The notes under the pieces: generated by a model
The model's input: only the letters and a program-made list of their open reading frames with translations
Databases searched by the model: none
Told to the model about the DNA's origin: nothing
Source: Octopus sinensis
Lineage: Eukaryota
Length of the DNA stretch: 64,000 nt
Assembly: GCF_006345805.1 (NCBI RefSeq)
Contig: NC_043011.1
Span: 7,936,001 to 8,000,000, forward strand
Reading direction: 5' to 3'
Shown here: piece after piece, positions 51,063-64,000 of the stretch
Numbering within the stretch: position 1 is the first letter of the stretch
How the letters are laid out: the number at the start of each line of letters is the position of its first letter
Made by a program: the position numbers and the translations under genes

Positions 51063-52082
51063 TCAAAAATTATATATAAAAATACATAAAAAATATATAA
51101 AAATATATAAAAAAATATATAAATTCTTCTTGGGACATACATAGAAAGCATGTTCTATCTGTTTTCTTAGGGGACCAAAAACGTAACAGAAATTAGTCAC
51201 ATGTGGGCATGATCCGAAAAGCTCTGTCCTTGTATTTAGACATGTAGTAGGGTCAAAGCTGCTTTTCCAGATAAGCCATCTCTGCATGTCGCATAGACCG
51301 CACCTTCCGCTGCCGTTAGTATAGGGCTTACATCTGGCCAAAATCTTCCACTGTATGTTATAATCGACACCTTTATCTCTTAAAGACCAAATATGATTAG
51401 ATAATTGTGTCGCTTTTCTTTTGTTCCAGTGCCTAAAGATCAAAGTGTGGTTATTGAACCTGGCCTTGAAATTACCCTCTGTAAGGCCTCCGTATTTCTT
51501 CGTCGAAACGGTGTCTTTAGTGGTTATAGGGTTTACGGTAGCTTCATATATGATGGTCTTGGACATGCAAGCTCCATTTAGCGGGCACAATTCTTTATTC
51601 CTGCATGAACAGCTGTTTTCTTGTTGTGTTTTTTGTATGTTATGTTTGATTATGTTTTTAAAATTGGTAGTGGAACTAAAACTAATTTTTAAATTGTGTC
51701 TATTGAAGAGTTTCCTATAAGTATGGTTAACTGGAAAATTTCTATCTATCAGTGCTAGGAAATATTTACCTATATTGAAGGCCACCTCGGGTGAGTAAGG
51801 GGGCGTAAACCAGATGACCTTCCTATTTCTATTATTCCTTTTCCTTACTGTTGGGCTAGTGATAGGTGTATATTTTATTTTTTCGCTAAAACCACTATCT
51901 TTTAAAGCCTTATTATAAACTGGGGCAACGCTATTGAAGATGTCCTCATCAGAGGAGAGGCTAGAAATCCTCTTACTAATATTTTTAACTAAGTTTTTGA
52001 ATACTATAGGGGGATGGCATGAACCTACATTAATATAACTTAGTCTATCATTGGGCTTCCTATAAGGCTTATAAATATTCTT
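51063..52082 (-). CDS. PLE ORF C-terminal half (RT thumb/linker + GIY-YIG), Naiad-like; 5'-truncated
   Basis: KPYRKPND..YINVGSCHPP, RKVIWFTPPYS, CSCRNKELCPLNGAC..IIYEATV, YGGLTEGNFKARFNNH, IQWKIL, CGLC, LNTRTEL..CPH. The first 43 aa of the tracked ORF come from the inverted pLTR; the tail is extended by a 1-nt deletion. Confidence 0.85.
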   Translation of the reverse strand, partial: KNIYKPYRKPNDRLSYINVGSCHPPIVFKNLVKNISKRISSLSSDEDIFNSVAPVYNKALKDSGFSEKIKYTPITSPTVRKRNNRNRKVIWFTPPYSPEVAFNIGKYFLALIDRNFPVNHTYRKLFNRHNLKISFSSTTNFKNIIKHNIQKTQQENSCSCRNKELCPLNGACMSKTIIYEATVNPITTKDTVSTKKYGGLTEGNFKARFNNHTLIFRHWNKRKATQLSNHIWSLRDKGVDYNIQWKILARCKPYTNGSGRCGLCDMQRWLIWKSSFDPTTCLNTRTELFGSCPHVTNFCYVFGPLRKQIEHAFYVCPKKNLYIFLYIFIYFLCIFIYNF

Positions 52083-52726
52083 AGACCCTACTACATGTCT
52101 AAATACAAGGACAGAGCTTTTCGGATCATGCCCACATGTGACTAAATTTCTGTTACGTTTTTGGTCCCCTAAAGAAAACAGATAGAACATGCTTACTATG
52201 TTATGTCTCAAGAAGAATTTATATATTTTTATATATTTTTATATATTTTTTATATATTTTTATATAAGTTTTATGACGAAAAATGCGAGCGATGTATAAG
52301 TACGCAGGCAAGCAGAGTTATAACAGAGTAATTTCCCTTTATTTAACGGTATTTTTTCATAGCGTTTTCAAATAGCCAGATAAACGAAGAGATGGTGTTG
52401 TGGATTTCCACTTCGGCATCTGAAACTCATAGTTTTATCTTGACTACCGCGTAATGTAACATATTGTTGTATATATATATACATACATTCGTCATGCTGG
52501 ATCGCTGAAATCTACAAGTCCTTTTCATTCTCTCTCTGCTTATTTTCTCTTATTCCTTCCCGTTAAAGAGCGTAGGCTCGAAACGTAAAAGCCTTTTCAT
52601 TTTTCCCGAGCGTCAAATTAGTACGCTTGCTTGTTGTTCATACACCTGACTTCGTCTTTTGTTTCTCTTTAAGTTTCAACTATCTATCTATCTACCTGTC
52701 TACCTATCTGTCTATCTACCTATCTG

Positions 52727-52808
<82 letters not shown>

Positions 52809-52879
52809 CATCTATCAATCTATCTATCTATCTATCTATCTCTGTGTTTAGCCCCGTGTGGGTAGTAAAAAAATAGGTA

Positions 52880-53820
52880 TTTTCTCTGCCCACAAACGAA
52901 TTGTATTATTATGTTTCTATTTTTTGTTGTTTCCGGGTTTTTGTTCCTTCGTAGGTGAAGGGATGGTTCATGTTTTTTGCACGCATTTCGTTGTCTATAG
53001 GTTCTGTCTTCTCCCAATCTTATACGTTTATTGGGCCACCCAAGATGTTTGGAATTATTGATCGTAAATCGTGGCTTTCTTGAGTTTCCTTGATACTCAT
53101 TCATATTACGGTTTCTGTATTGTCTATATTGTCCTTGTTCTTTCCATCTAGGGTACTTGCTATTATGGGTTGGTGGTTGTCTGTGTGTTACTTATCTTTC
53201 CAGTCTTTCTCCTTATGTATTCATCAATCTAGGTTGTTTGATATTATGGGGTGATGGTTGTCTTCTATGTTCCATATGTTTGTTTATTGCAGAGTCATGT
53301 TTTGGCATTGTAAAATATGGGTTTCTAGTCTGAATTTGGGGTAAGCTGGAGGGCACCTCCGCATATGTTCTTGGATAACTAGAGGTTCGATCCCTTAATC
53401 TGGTTCCTCTGGGGCTGGTGTCTATGATTTTGATTTCGCTGTATTGTTTGTTGTGGTTTCATTTTCATAATGGATTTTTCTCCATAGTTTTTTTTTTCAG
53501 AGTTTGTGAACCACTCTTGTTGTTTTCCCCACATTTTCATGGATCTTTCTTCTTCCCGTTGAGTGTCTTCTTTCCATAGTTGTTGTAATTTTTCATGACT
53601 TTGATTGTCACTTCGTTCGGCGATTCCAACAAATGTAACTCCATCAGTTCTTTTGACTTTCTCTTCGTGTTGTATTTTTCGTGAATGGAGGAAAGAAAAC
53701 TTCCGTTTCCATTCGGCATAAAACTATATTTGTACGATATAGGCGTTACGGAAAAAAACCATTGAGCAACCTTTGGAAAACCGATTATTGCAGTGACTCG
53801 ATCAATTCCTAGCAATATTT
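52880..53820 (-). mobile_element. Probable N-terminal/5' region of another PLE ORF (decayed)
   Basis: A-rich, Lys/Asn/Arg-rich broken frames (...KSKELMELHLLES...) resembling PLE ORF N-termini; no catalytic motif seen. Confidence 0.35.
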
Positions 53821-53949
53821 GAAGAAGGAAATTTTATATTCCGAAATATTATATCAGATTATGGATGATTAAATTATAAGTTATTATAGTCCAATCTGCA
53901 TTGCTGTGCCATTCAAGAAGGTCAGATACTTTTTCACTACACCCCGTGT

Positions 53950-54033
<84 letters not shown>

Positions 54034-54215
54034 CATGGTGAGAATTTACAAAAAAAAAAGCAGAAGACGACGAAGACGGCAGTGTAAACAACAAACAGAT
54101 ATATTAGCTCGGGAAGTGAGAGAGTATTTTACGTTTCGAGCCTACGCTCTTCAACAGAAAATGACACAGAAATAAAAAGGGAGAGAAAATAGGAAAAGGT
54201 TTAGTGGCTAGCGAT

Positions 54216-54254
<39 letters not shown>

Positions 54255-54677
54255 ACTTTGGAAGTGGTTTCAATGACAAATAAAAAGGTATTCAATAGAT
54301 AAATTGACAGTAGTTTAACTTTACACTTGGCCCACGACTGCCGGTGCTGGTAAACGTCAGATGGTAGAATTATTGTCCTATCTAAATGGACGTTTAGTGC
54401 ATGTCACCACCGAATACGAACGCTGTTTAATAATCATTATTATATATATGACTAAAGATTTTCGACCGTTGTCTATTTGGACATTTTATTCGCATACATG
54501 AGACATTTATTGACATTTCGTATGACTTAAGAAGAAAAAAAATACAAGACGGAATAGGTTTAGCATCGAAATTATTAGTTTCGAGAAATGGAGAGCGTCT
54601 ATTTAAATGACGTTTCGAATTACTGTCCTTCATCGGAATAGGGTGATGCCCAGAAATATCACTGAGCCATTATATAC

Positions 54678-54858
54678 CAAACAATGTATCGATATCTTTC
54701 ACCAGAGTTTCTCTCGTATCTTCCCGTAACTGTTTTAAGTACTCTTCATTGGGTACATATTTAGCGTAGTTGAAGCGGCAACGGATCCCGACGACTATTT
54801 GTTCTAAGACGAAAAGGCGTATTGAGTCTCTTACAAGGTCAAAATGGAGCATAAATAC
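54678..54858 (-). CDS. Orphan gene exon D (VFMLHFDLVRDSIRLF...KDIDTLF), single copy
   Basis: ttttcttctctctcaaag acceptor, phase 0 matches exon C; TTG|GTATAT donor, phase 1; 181 nt open. Confidence 0.75.
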
Positions 54859-55029
54859 CTTTGAGAGAGAAGAAAAGACAGAAGGTATTAAAAGATGATA
54901 ACGAGCAAAAAAAAAAAACTATGGAAGTACAGGGATATCAAAATCTCGAGATTATAAGCGACCTATAAAGAGTTGAATTGTACAGTGGCGGAAAGGATGT
55001 GAAAATAATGAACAGGATGAGGTCACTAG

Positions 55030-55560
55030 ACCCAATACACGAGTATAGGTGAATTAGACATCGGAGATGCTTTGCCCCGCGCAGAAACTGCAGGAGCTAC
55101 ACCGGGGTTTAGCAAGTTCTTCTTTTGTATCCATTCCAATGGTGGGAACACTTCCGAAACTTCCGTACCACCACCAGGTAGCTCAGAGTCACGAGCATTC
55201 TGTCTCTTAGTCTGCACCCTTTGATTTGCTTGGGCAGCGAGGACAGAATTAATCTTCACCAGCAAAACGGTTCTAGTTGTAATCTCTTAGTAACCACGTC
55301 CACCTTGAGCTGGTTCCAGCTTCCACATTTACTTCGTTGCTGGCTTTCTTCAGTAGTTTGGATTTCAGACCAATCTTCTGGAGCAAATTGTGCACCGAAC
55401 TAGCGAGGAAGCCGCGGTAGGCTACTTTAGCAAGGAACGAGGTCCGCGTGGCATCCCTTGACAGGGGCCTCATTGACCAAGCCTTGATATTCAGTTTTCT
55501 TTATCCAATAAGGAATCCCAAGTAATTTTTCCAGGTGAGGCTCAAGGCCAGCAATACTCG
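55030..55560 (-). mobile_element. HERO-like RLE retrotransposon 3' remnant
   Basis: KKTEYQGLVNEAPVKG...YRGFLASSVHNLLQKIGL...SRWTWLLRD; same family as 39240-39560, opposite strand. Confidence 0.7.
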
Positions 55561-55645
55561 GATAAAGAAGTTAATCAATTATTTACACATTAGATTGGTA
55601 CATTATTTCACTAACTCCAGAGGGGTGTAATCTTTCTGTGTATGG

Positions 55646-55706
<61 letters not shown>

Positions 55707-55714
55707 AAGAGGAA

Positions 55715-56045
55715 AAAGAAAAACCTGGAAATAGAGGTAACTCGAATGTGGAGTCCAAAAAGAGAAACAATTCCTATCATAGTGGGCGTATTAGCTATGA
55801 TAAAAATATTCAAACAAATACATAAAAACACCAGGAATTACAAACACATATCACATACAGAACATTGCACTACTAGGCACCGCACACATCTTACGTAAAA
55901 CACTTTCGATACAGTGAATATAAGAGCATCACAACAAATCACAGCAAATACCCAAGGCACACAGAGCTGCGCTCGGTAGTGAAGTGAAGGCAAGCTATAA
56001 AAATAAGACTACTGAATAATAATAATGATAATGATGATGATGATG

Positions 56046-56120
<75 letters not shown>

Positions 56121-56140
56121 TAATAATAATAATAATAATA
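55715..56140 (+). mobile_element. R4/Dong-clade retrotransposon 3' end followed by (AAT)n; 3' UTR also at 34041-34282
   Basis: LEIEVTRMW...TIPIIVG.L.MIK then (frameshifted) IALLGTAHILRKTL, typical of the R4/Dong RLE C-terminus. Confidence 0.75.
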
Positions 56141-56334
56141 ATTCTTCTAAACATTGAAACGTTAGTTTTCATGTTTGGATATAGGCATAAACGTGACAGA
56201 TTGTTTCGGAAGCTCACTTTGGAATCAAAGTGTTTACAGTTCTATGTCCCTGCATGGCATCTTGAGCAAGTTTGTCTGCTATAGACCCCAGCCGCCCAAT
56301 GCTTTGTAAGTGAGTTTGGGAGACGGAAACCCTC

Positions 56335-56368
<34 letters not shown>

Positions 56369-57119
56369 GAGGGAAATATTCTCTCCCTGAATACCCAAGC
56401 GATATTTTACACTTAGACATTTCAACGAGGAACCTGTGCCACTAATTCCAATAAGATAGCCTTTTTTCTGAACATGAAATTTAAATATACATATCACATG
56501 AACTCCAAACACAGAAGAAATATGCTCTTGTGAAGCACAAGTATACAGCACACAAGTATACGAACATCACATACACCAAGAAAGAGTCTATCGTGGTGGC
56601 GTCAGCGGCATAGGCCGTGGTTCCTCTTTGAATTGTCAAAGTGCAAAATATTGGTTGTGTATGGAGGGAAAGATTTCATCCCTAATATTTGGGATGTTAT
56701 TTCTTGACTGTATGATGTTGAATTTTTCAGTGATACACAGTTGACACATATTTTTGCATTACATATATAAGATAGATATAGATATATAGATATAGACGTG
56801 TATGTGTGTGTATGTGTGTATCTGGTGCTCGTTTGTTGACGCCCCCATAATTTAGCATTTTGGGATACAGAGACGAACAGAATAAATACCAGATTTCAAA
56901 AGAAGTAGTGGCCCATATGCTCGATAAAATCCTAGAAGAAAGAGCTCCAGAATGACCGCCGTCCAATGACTGAAAAGTGTTAAAAATATAAGATAAAAGT
57001 TTTGAAGCTACAATGGAAACCGTGCATGCTTAATGTGTGTATTTGAAATCACAGTAGAAATTATGTTTTGATGTCTAACGTTTAGAAAAATTGCCAGTGG
57101 ACTTTAGAGACATACTCAC

Positions 57120-57332
57120 GGTGAGGTAGGGATTCGTGATATCAGGAAATCTTAAAATTGCCAAATCCATCAATTCTCTCCTTTTATAATCATTACCCAA
57201 AAGTGCGTTTTTGATCGAAATTTCTTCACCATTTGCGAGATAATAAGCTAAATTGGTAATATTTATGTTCATTTCGCCTAACATCGGATGCTCTTGTATT
57301 AAGCGGTCAAACCACAGTTCGGTGAAGAAAAC
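57120..57332 (-). CDS. Orphan gene exon C, copy 2
   Basis: Same as 35244-35456 except one synonymous GAG/GAA change; ttcctcgcag acceptor. Confidence 0.8.
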
Positions 57333-57538
57333 CTGCGAGGAAAAACAATGGGAAAAACAATTAAAATGAATGAAATAAATAGCTGCTACTCCTCCTCCTC
57401 CTCCTCCTCCTCCTCCTCCTCCTCCTCCTCCTCTTCCTCCTCTTCCTCCTCCTCCTCCTCCTCCTCCTCCTCCTCCTACTACTACTACTACTACTGCTGC
57501 AGCTGCTACTACTACTCCTGCTGCTGCTACTCCTCCTC

Positions 57539-57589
<51 letters not shown>

Positions 57590-58138
57590 TTGCCACCACC
57601 ACCACTACTACTACTACTAAAAATAATAATGATTAAATGACTGGCAGTAGTATCATATACATTGTCTTGGTATAAAAGATGAGCTACAGCAAATATTCTG
57701 CTAAATATCACAGATTTGCTTGTCAGTCGTTTGACCGTTACCAGTTGAGCATGTCTATTAGTGGCTGATGTTATGTGCCCCTCTGATCACAAGCAGAAGT
57801 TATGAGGGAGCACCATAGCCATGTGTTGAGAGGGATTCTTTGGGGTTTGGATAATTTAACTTTGGAAACATCGGTGTTTTGTTCAACGTCCTTAATCAAC
57901 CCTTATCAGGGACATTTTGAGCGGGATGGGGTACTCGACCTGAAGGAAATACTAACCAGGCCCCACCTGCAGGGTCATGCACAGTTTATCTTGATATGAG
58001 ATCAGCATGTCACGCACGTATGTCTGTGATGCATGCGCCTGCTGCACCCTTACCAGACGAATAGTCACGATGATTATACTGGGCTTCGTATATTTGTACA
58101 CCAGTGTCACTCTGATGGCATGCACTGCTCTCTCACTC

Positions 58139-58225
<87 letters not shown>

Positions 58226-59877
58226 GTTGCGGTTGCTATAGATAGTTTATTGGTTGAACGATATTTCGACAGAAAGCCTATCTTTGCCAAGTTCAAAATG
58301 GGAAGAGATAAACATTCGAAGTAAGAGAAATTCAAATGTAAAATAAGAACGAGAACAACCAGCGTTCATACGTTGATTGATAGACATAATCTTCAAGTTT
58401 CAATTTTACAACTAGCGAAAAGAAAAAAGAGAAAAAAGAAAAGGAAAGGAAGAAGAATGTTTAATCAGTTTTGTGTAAATTTCATGTAATTTTCCTGTCA
58501 TTTTGTTCATTTCACTAGTTAACCCGCAACTCATGCATTTTGAGTAATGAAAGTGTATCAGATTCAGAATATTTTATGACAATATGCATTTTCAAGTCTT
58601 TTTCAAAATTGCAGCCGTTCAGCAAATTCTGTCGAACTACTGTCATTGTGCCTGACGCCATACCTGTGCCCATTGAATCATTTGTTTAATTGTTCTGTTG
58701 TACAACCAGCATAAATCAAGTCGTGTTTTGTGCATTCTACTGCGTACAACAAATAGGAATCTTTACATGTGCCACATTCTGCGTAAATCCCAACATTTCT
58801 GTTATGATTCTTGATGGAATTCACTTGACTTATGTTGTTACACAATGAACCGGGCTTATCTCTCTTGCGGTTGCTTTTCAAGGTACAGCGTGCAGATAAT
58901 CCGATGTTAGTTTTCTTTGAGTCAGAGTAGTTGTTAATAATTCTCATATATTTTCATTCCGTCTAAAGGCTATAATAGGTGGCTGAATGAATATCTGTTT
59001 GAAACGAGAGTATTTTTCCGCCACATGTTGGTAATTTTCATGCAACACTTTTGAAATGCCAACGAAATTTCGGTGCCAGTTAATCACTAAAGGAATTCTG
59101 TTAGATATTGTACTGTTTTTCCTAAAATTATGCGTGAAGTTTTGACTTTCTTTGCTAATCCTAACTATTTCATCTGCTATTTCCTTTAATCGTGATTCAC
59201 TGTAACTGCGATTGACATAATGGTGTAGAAAAGCATTTGTATGCTTCCAGTAATCCCTATGTCAGTACAAACCCGTTTCTTCCCGCCAAAATGGGGATTT
59301 CGGATTTGACAATGGATGCGAACTGGTCTGAAAAGTCATGGTCGTATATATGCAAGGACAAAAGTAAATCACAACAATTAAGTTAAATGCGAGACGGCCT
59401 TCATCTAACACAGGGGTTCTCAACCATTTTTTAAATCTATTAACCCCATTTGTTATTGTTTTATTCTGGTGGACCCCTCCATAGCCATTCGACGTTTAAA
59501 AACTAGTTTATAGAAATTTCTTTCAAAATTCTTCTTTTGTTTTTCACTCATTAACTTATGTAAGTTGAACTGTGTGAAATGTTAGACAAAAGAACCCAAC
59601 CGTTTCTTGCAATACACACCAACACATACATTAAAAGCAACATTTATCTGCAGGGGCCCTTACAATACTGCCGTGGATGTTCAATTTACTATTTTGTTAC
59701 GTGGACCCCACCATAATCTTATATGGACCCTTGGTGTCAAACTTTTCTTCATGCTCCTTGTGACCTGTTCCCAGACATAGTTCCGCTGCAACTGAAACGA
59801 TCTGGAATGAAATGATATTATAAACATTTTACAGTAAAAAGTCAAAGCTTCAGGAAGGAATCTAACATTTTATTTAC

Positions 59878-60069
59878 CGTCATATAGTCGACTTCACGGC
59901 TGGCAAAATCCAGCATTTCGGTTCTCACTCGGGTCATATTAGATTCAGTAAAGTTTGTTCTTCCACCAACCATTTCCAAATATGGTATTCTGTCCAAAGA
60001 ATCCAAAAGACCATCCCAACTTGTTTTATTCAGCTTATCCATTTCACTTATAGCACCAGCAACCATTAT
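59878..60069 (-). CDS. Orphan gene exon B, copy 2
   Basis: Same translation and splice sites as 38017-38208. Confidence 0.8.
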
Positions 60070-60455
60070 CTGTGCAACCGAAATACATAGATAACTCGAT
60101 AAACATAGATATACAGTTATACATATACACAATACGCATGCATGTGTGAGTATGTGTCTCTGTGTGTGAGCGTGTGTGTATATGTGTGTATGTATGTGCG
60201 TGTGTGTGTGTGTAACTGAACAAGCTGGAGTCAACAAGGAGAGTGGTCGGACATTTATCTGCAGTCACTACAGCTGTTTCTAGGCAATGACCAACCACAC
60301 TTATTCCTATTGACCCCAACTCATTCAATCATCCATTCAAATATTAAAGAAGCCGAAATGCAAATCTGGAATTATAATACTCCAAGTGGATAGCACAGGG
60401 CGAAATCTGAAGGCGGACGATCTATATTCTATACTCTCCCACGTTCTCTTATACG

Positions 60456-60489
<34 letters not shown>

Positions 60490-60853
60490 TACATACTAAC
60501 ATACATACATGCATACATACATACATACATACCTATATACATACTAACATACATACATACGTTTCATTCATAACAATCAGAATAATTACTTCACCTCAAA
60601 AGTGAAGAAATGAAATGAAACAGCATTCGACACATTTACATTTAGATTTACAATCTTTCCGTAACAAGTTGACTTAGGTCCGTATCAAGGTTAGTTAAAT
60701 TACTTGAATCCTGCACTCCATTCCTTACTACCGAACATTCAGAAACTACTTCTGACTGAGGTCTCTGCCGGTTAACTAATAGATATCAATGAAAACCGGA
60801 GCGAGGTGCAAACGAATGTAGACATACAATGGTTATATGACAGTTGAACTTAC

Positions 60854-61038
60854 TTTTAAATTGTCATCGATCATCTTCAAAGATTCGAATTGGAGTGTCC
60901 CGAACGTGGCCGCCAGTTCAAACCTGATGTCAAATTTGTCGCCAAGTTCCGTTTTTTCTGTAAGTCTTTCAACGACTTGATCCGGGGTGTTCAAGTGAAG
61001 AATTTTGTCCACTGCTTCTTCATCATTTATAGTGTGTT
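60854..61038 (-). CDS. Orphan gene exon A, copy 2
   Basis: Same sequence and splice sites as 38993-39177. Confidence 0.8.
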
Positions 61039-61520
61039 CTGTTAGTGTTTGAGAGAAATTATATAAGATAAAGAGAGAGAAAGAGTAAAAGGCAATGATG
61101 TGTGTATGCTCCCCAGAAATGCAAAAACAAGCATCGTGTTCGAACTGATCGTTTCCTGGGAGGACAGGCCCGATATTTCCTACCAGGCCAAATATTGGAA
61201 ATACTAGGACTCAGTAAACGAAGCCCTTATCAAAGACTGACATGTGACCTCATTCCCCATTGAAGTTTGGTGCCACGGATTTCCATCAAGATCCGTGCGC
61301 TAATTGCTGCAGAAGATAGGTCTGGAATTCAGACAACTGAAGGAAGTCATTAAGGAAGAAGGCAGGGCAGCTGAAACTAACTCAGGATAGCTGTGGTTGA
61401 TAAAAGATCGCAAGTGAACCCCTTCCGTAGGTGAAGACTTGCTACCCAACTCAGGCGTATAAGCTAAGGACGAAACGCTTGACTTTAAGATACTTGTAGG
61501 CGATACAGAAGGGTTTATAG

Positions 61521-61638
<118 letters not shown>

Positions 61639-61780
61639 ATCTATCTATCTACCTATCTGTGTGTCTGTATGTCTGTATGTCTGCCTATTTGTCTATGTTT
61701 ACTTACTATACGTTTTTTTAATTATATATATATACAAATATGCCATATTTCCCTTTTGTTGTCTTTTTATTTAATTCTGA

Positions 61781-61814
<34 letters not shown>

Positions 61815-62272
61815 TTTGCGTAATAAGATAAAAAAAAACAAGGCTATGTAGATATTAGAGCATTTATAGATAGATGGTCTTACAGCTGTTTCTAGGATAT
61901 TTATTAATTATATCCCTTCATCGGAGACGGTGTGAGAGGATGGTTAAGTTATAGTCAGTTTAGATGTGATACAAAATAGAGAGTGAGGGAAAGAAAATAG
62001 ATGCAAGATATGTATGGGTATTGAAGTTGTAAGTCCGTTTTTTAGGCATAATGGTGTATATACAATATTCCAATATCCTATGAGTAAAATCCCAAAAGTC
62101 CAACAGAGTTTAAAATGAGTCCTTCCAAAAATAGAGTTTATAAGCAAAGTAAGATTCCCTTATGAGTGAGATCATGCAGAATTTTAACTTGGTCATTCCC
62201 AGTAGACAATTTATATACAACATTATATTCAGCATTACCTGACACCTTGGGTCTCAATGACACCATTATCTC

Positions 62273-62339
<67 letters not shown>

Positions 62340-62355
62340 TACATATATATATATA

Positions 62356-62444
<89 letters not shown>

Positions 62445-63281
62445 CATCACATATAATATATATATATGTACACTTTTCATTTTAATATAGTTGCAAGGAC
62501 ATTACAATAATCAGCTACGTAGAGTTTCACGTTCGCATTCGTCGGGTAGGTGTGATCACAACTGATCGACGGACGGGAACGTGAAACTGACGAACAGGCT
62601 ATTCGGATCATCTAGAACATTCGGTGTATTAACTTACAAATTTCCACTTTCTACGTCTATACGTGTGTATTAGGTTTCTGTACGCGCCGCGTGTGTGTAT
62701 GTGTGTGTATACGCGACCGTGCACTGGCTTTGAACAAAAAGAATATAGAGGAAGGGATTAATTATGATGTTAGTCAACATATTAACATATTCCCCTCTCA
62801 GATTCACATAGTTATTGCAGCGGTCACATATCAACCAATATATATGTGTATATATGTATATATATATATATATATTTTGAGCGCTAGACGATATACCAGA
62901 AATCCCTAGTTTTGTCGGGACGTTCGGAGTCTGCGCAGTGATCTGATTAGTTAGAGAGAGTAAATCATTAGAAGAACATGCTTCTAGTGAGTTAGGATCT
63001 CAGAACAACAGGGCTCTTACCGACGAATTCTCCCTGAGCAAATAAATTATCTTTATTGGTGAAAAGAAAGAAACTGCAGTCTAAGAGTAACCGAGTTAGT
63101 AACTGTTTTTATCTTCATTTCACTAAATTTATCTAGCTTCTGTGTTCCTAGCACATATTTCGCCTTAATGTACTGATATATGAAAAGTATATGGCTTGTG
63201 TTAGAAATACCAGCGATAATAATTATTTTTATTTTATCGCATTTGATTTGTGTATGTATATATATATATGATATATATATG

Positions 63282-63345
<64 letters not shown>

Positions 63346-64000
63346 TATATAGGTATGTATAAAATAATATATGTATGTATGTATGTATACACGTATTGTT
63401 AATGAATAGTAGGAGATGGATATTGTATTAGACATTTATTAGGCACAACATAAGTTTCGAGCCGTCAGTCTGGTCTCTTTATATATATTGATAAAGAAGT
63501 TTCACCAGTGAAAAATGCAACTACAATATCTATAATAACCAACCATCGAATTACACCAGCAACAATTCAAACAACAACACTAACACACCCGGATGTATTA
63601 AAAATAATAAGATAGCAATGATCACGAATATACTGAGTAGAACCAATTCATCTAGTGCTCGCATGAAGCAAGCACAAAAGACAACCAGTTATACCCATGC
63701 AGAGACAGATCCAAATGTCCCATGGACAACCAGTGCATGACCAGAAATGTGGTATATAAGTGCACAGTAAACACTAGAGGAATCTGCTACGTATATATCG
63801 GTGCATCGGCGATATTTTAAAAAATCGATACTGTAACCACATAGGCAACTTTCAAAACACCATTAAACGGCAGGTAAACACATATTCACATACTGCAATC
63901 TAAACCATGTCTAGCTAATGCAAATCTAACACCTACGACTCGGTTTATTTAAACAGAATCGTATCGGAATAAGATGTATTTAGACATGTAACTTTACAAT

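Larger units (their letters stand above)
50133..52470. mobile_element. Naiad-type Penelope-like element complex with inverted repeats
   Basis: Plus-strand 3' fragment 50133-50775, minus-strand element ~52082-50795, plus-strand pLTR 52083-52470; all share the same 3' end and pLTR. Confidence 0.85.

Noticed and set aside
51063-52211. 382-aa ORF as an intact host gene or selenoprotein
   Set aside because: It is a truncated PLE ORF with artefactual ends (inverted pLTR at the start, 1-nt deletion near the end); no in-frame UGA is present.

Overview
AT-rich, repeat-saturated eukaryotic DNA. The SINE, MITE and LINE families look like an Octopus (cephalopod) genome; this is inferred from repeat families, not from a database search. 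There is one 100-N gap (33941-34040). No rRNA, true tRNA, CRISPR or prokaryotic operon was found, and most ORFs in the supplied track are microsatellite translations. Manual splice-site and phase reconstruction gives three gene candidates. (1) A complete 3-exon minus-strand gene (27024-27014, 25919-24997, 22503-22349; 362 aa) for a multi-pass membrane protein resembling DMT/SLC35-type transporters. (2) An unrecognised minus-strand helical, N-glycosylation-rich protein. Its exons A-B-C occur twice in a ~21.9-kb-offset duplication (34041-42340 vs 55912-64000), with a single exon D (54858-54678) and a possible last exon E (46664-46618); exon phases also allow a D->A loop, i.e. a repeat polyprotein. 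(3) A weaker plus-strand gene with micro-exons ending at 17659. Mobile DNA includes tRNA-derived SINEs, CR1, RTE, Tx1, HERO-like and R4/Dong-like LINE fragments, a mariner remnant, MITEs, a complete non-autonomous Helitron and several Penelope-like elements (PLEs). The PLEs carry minimal hammerhead ribozyme folds with non-canonical cores (CCGAUGA, CCGAAGA, UUGAAAA with U3-A8 covariation, CUGUUGA).
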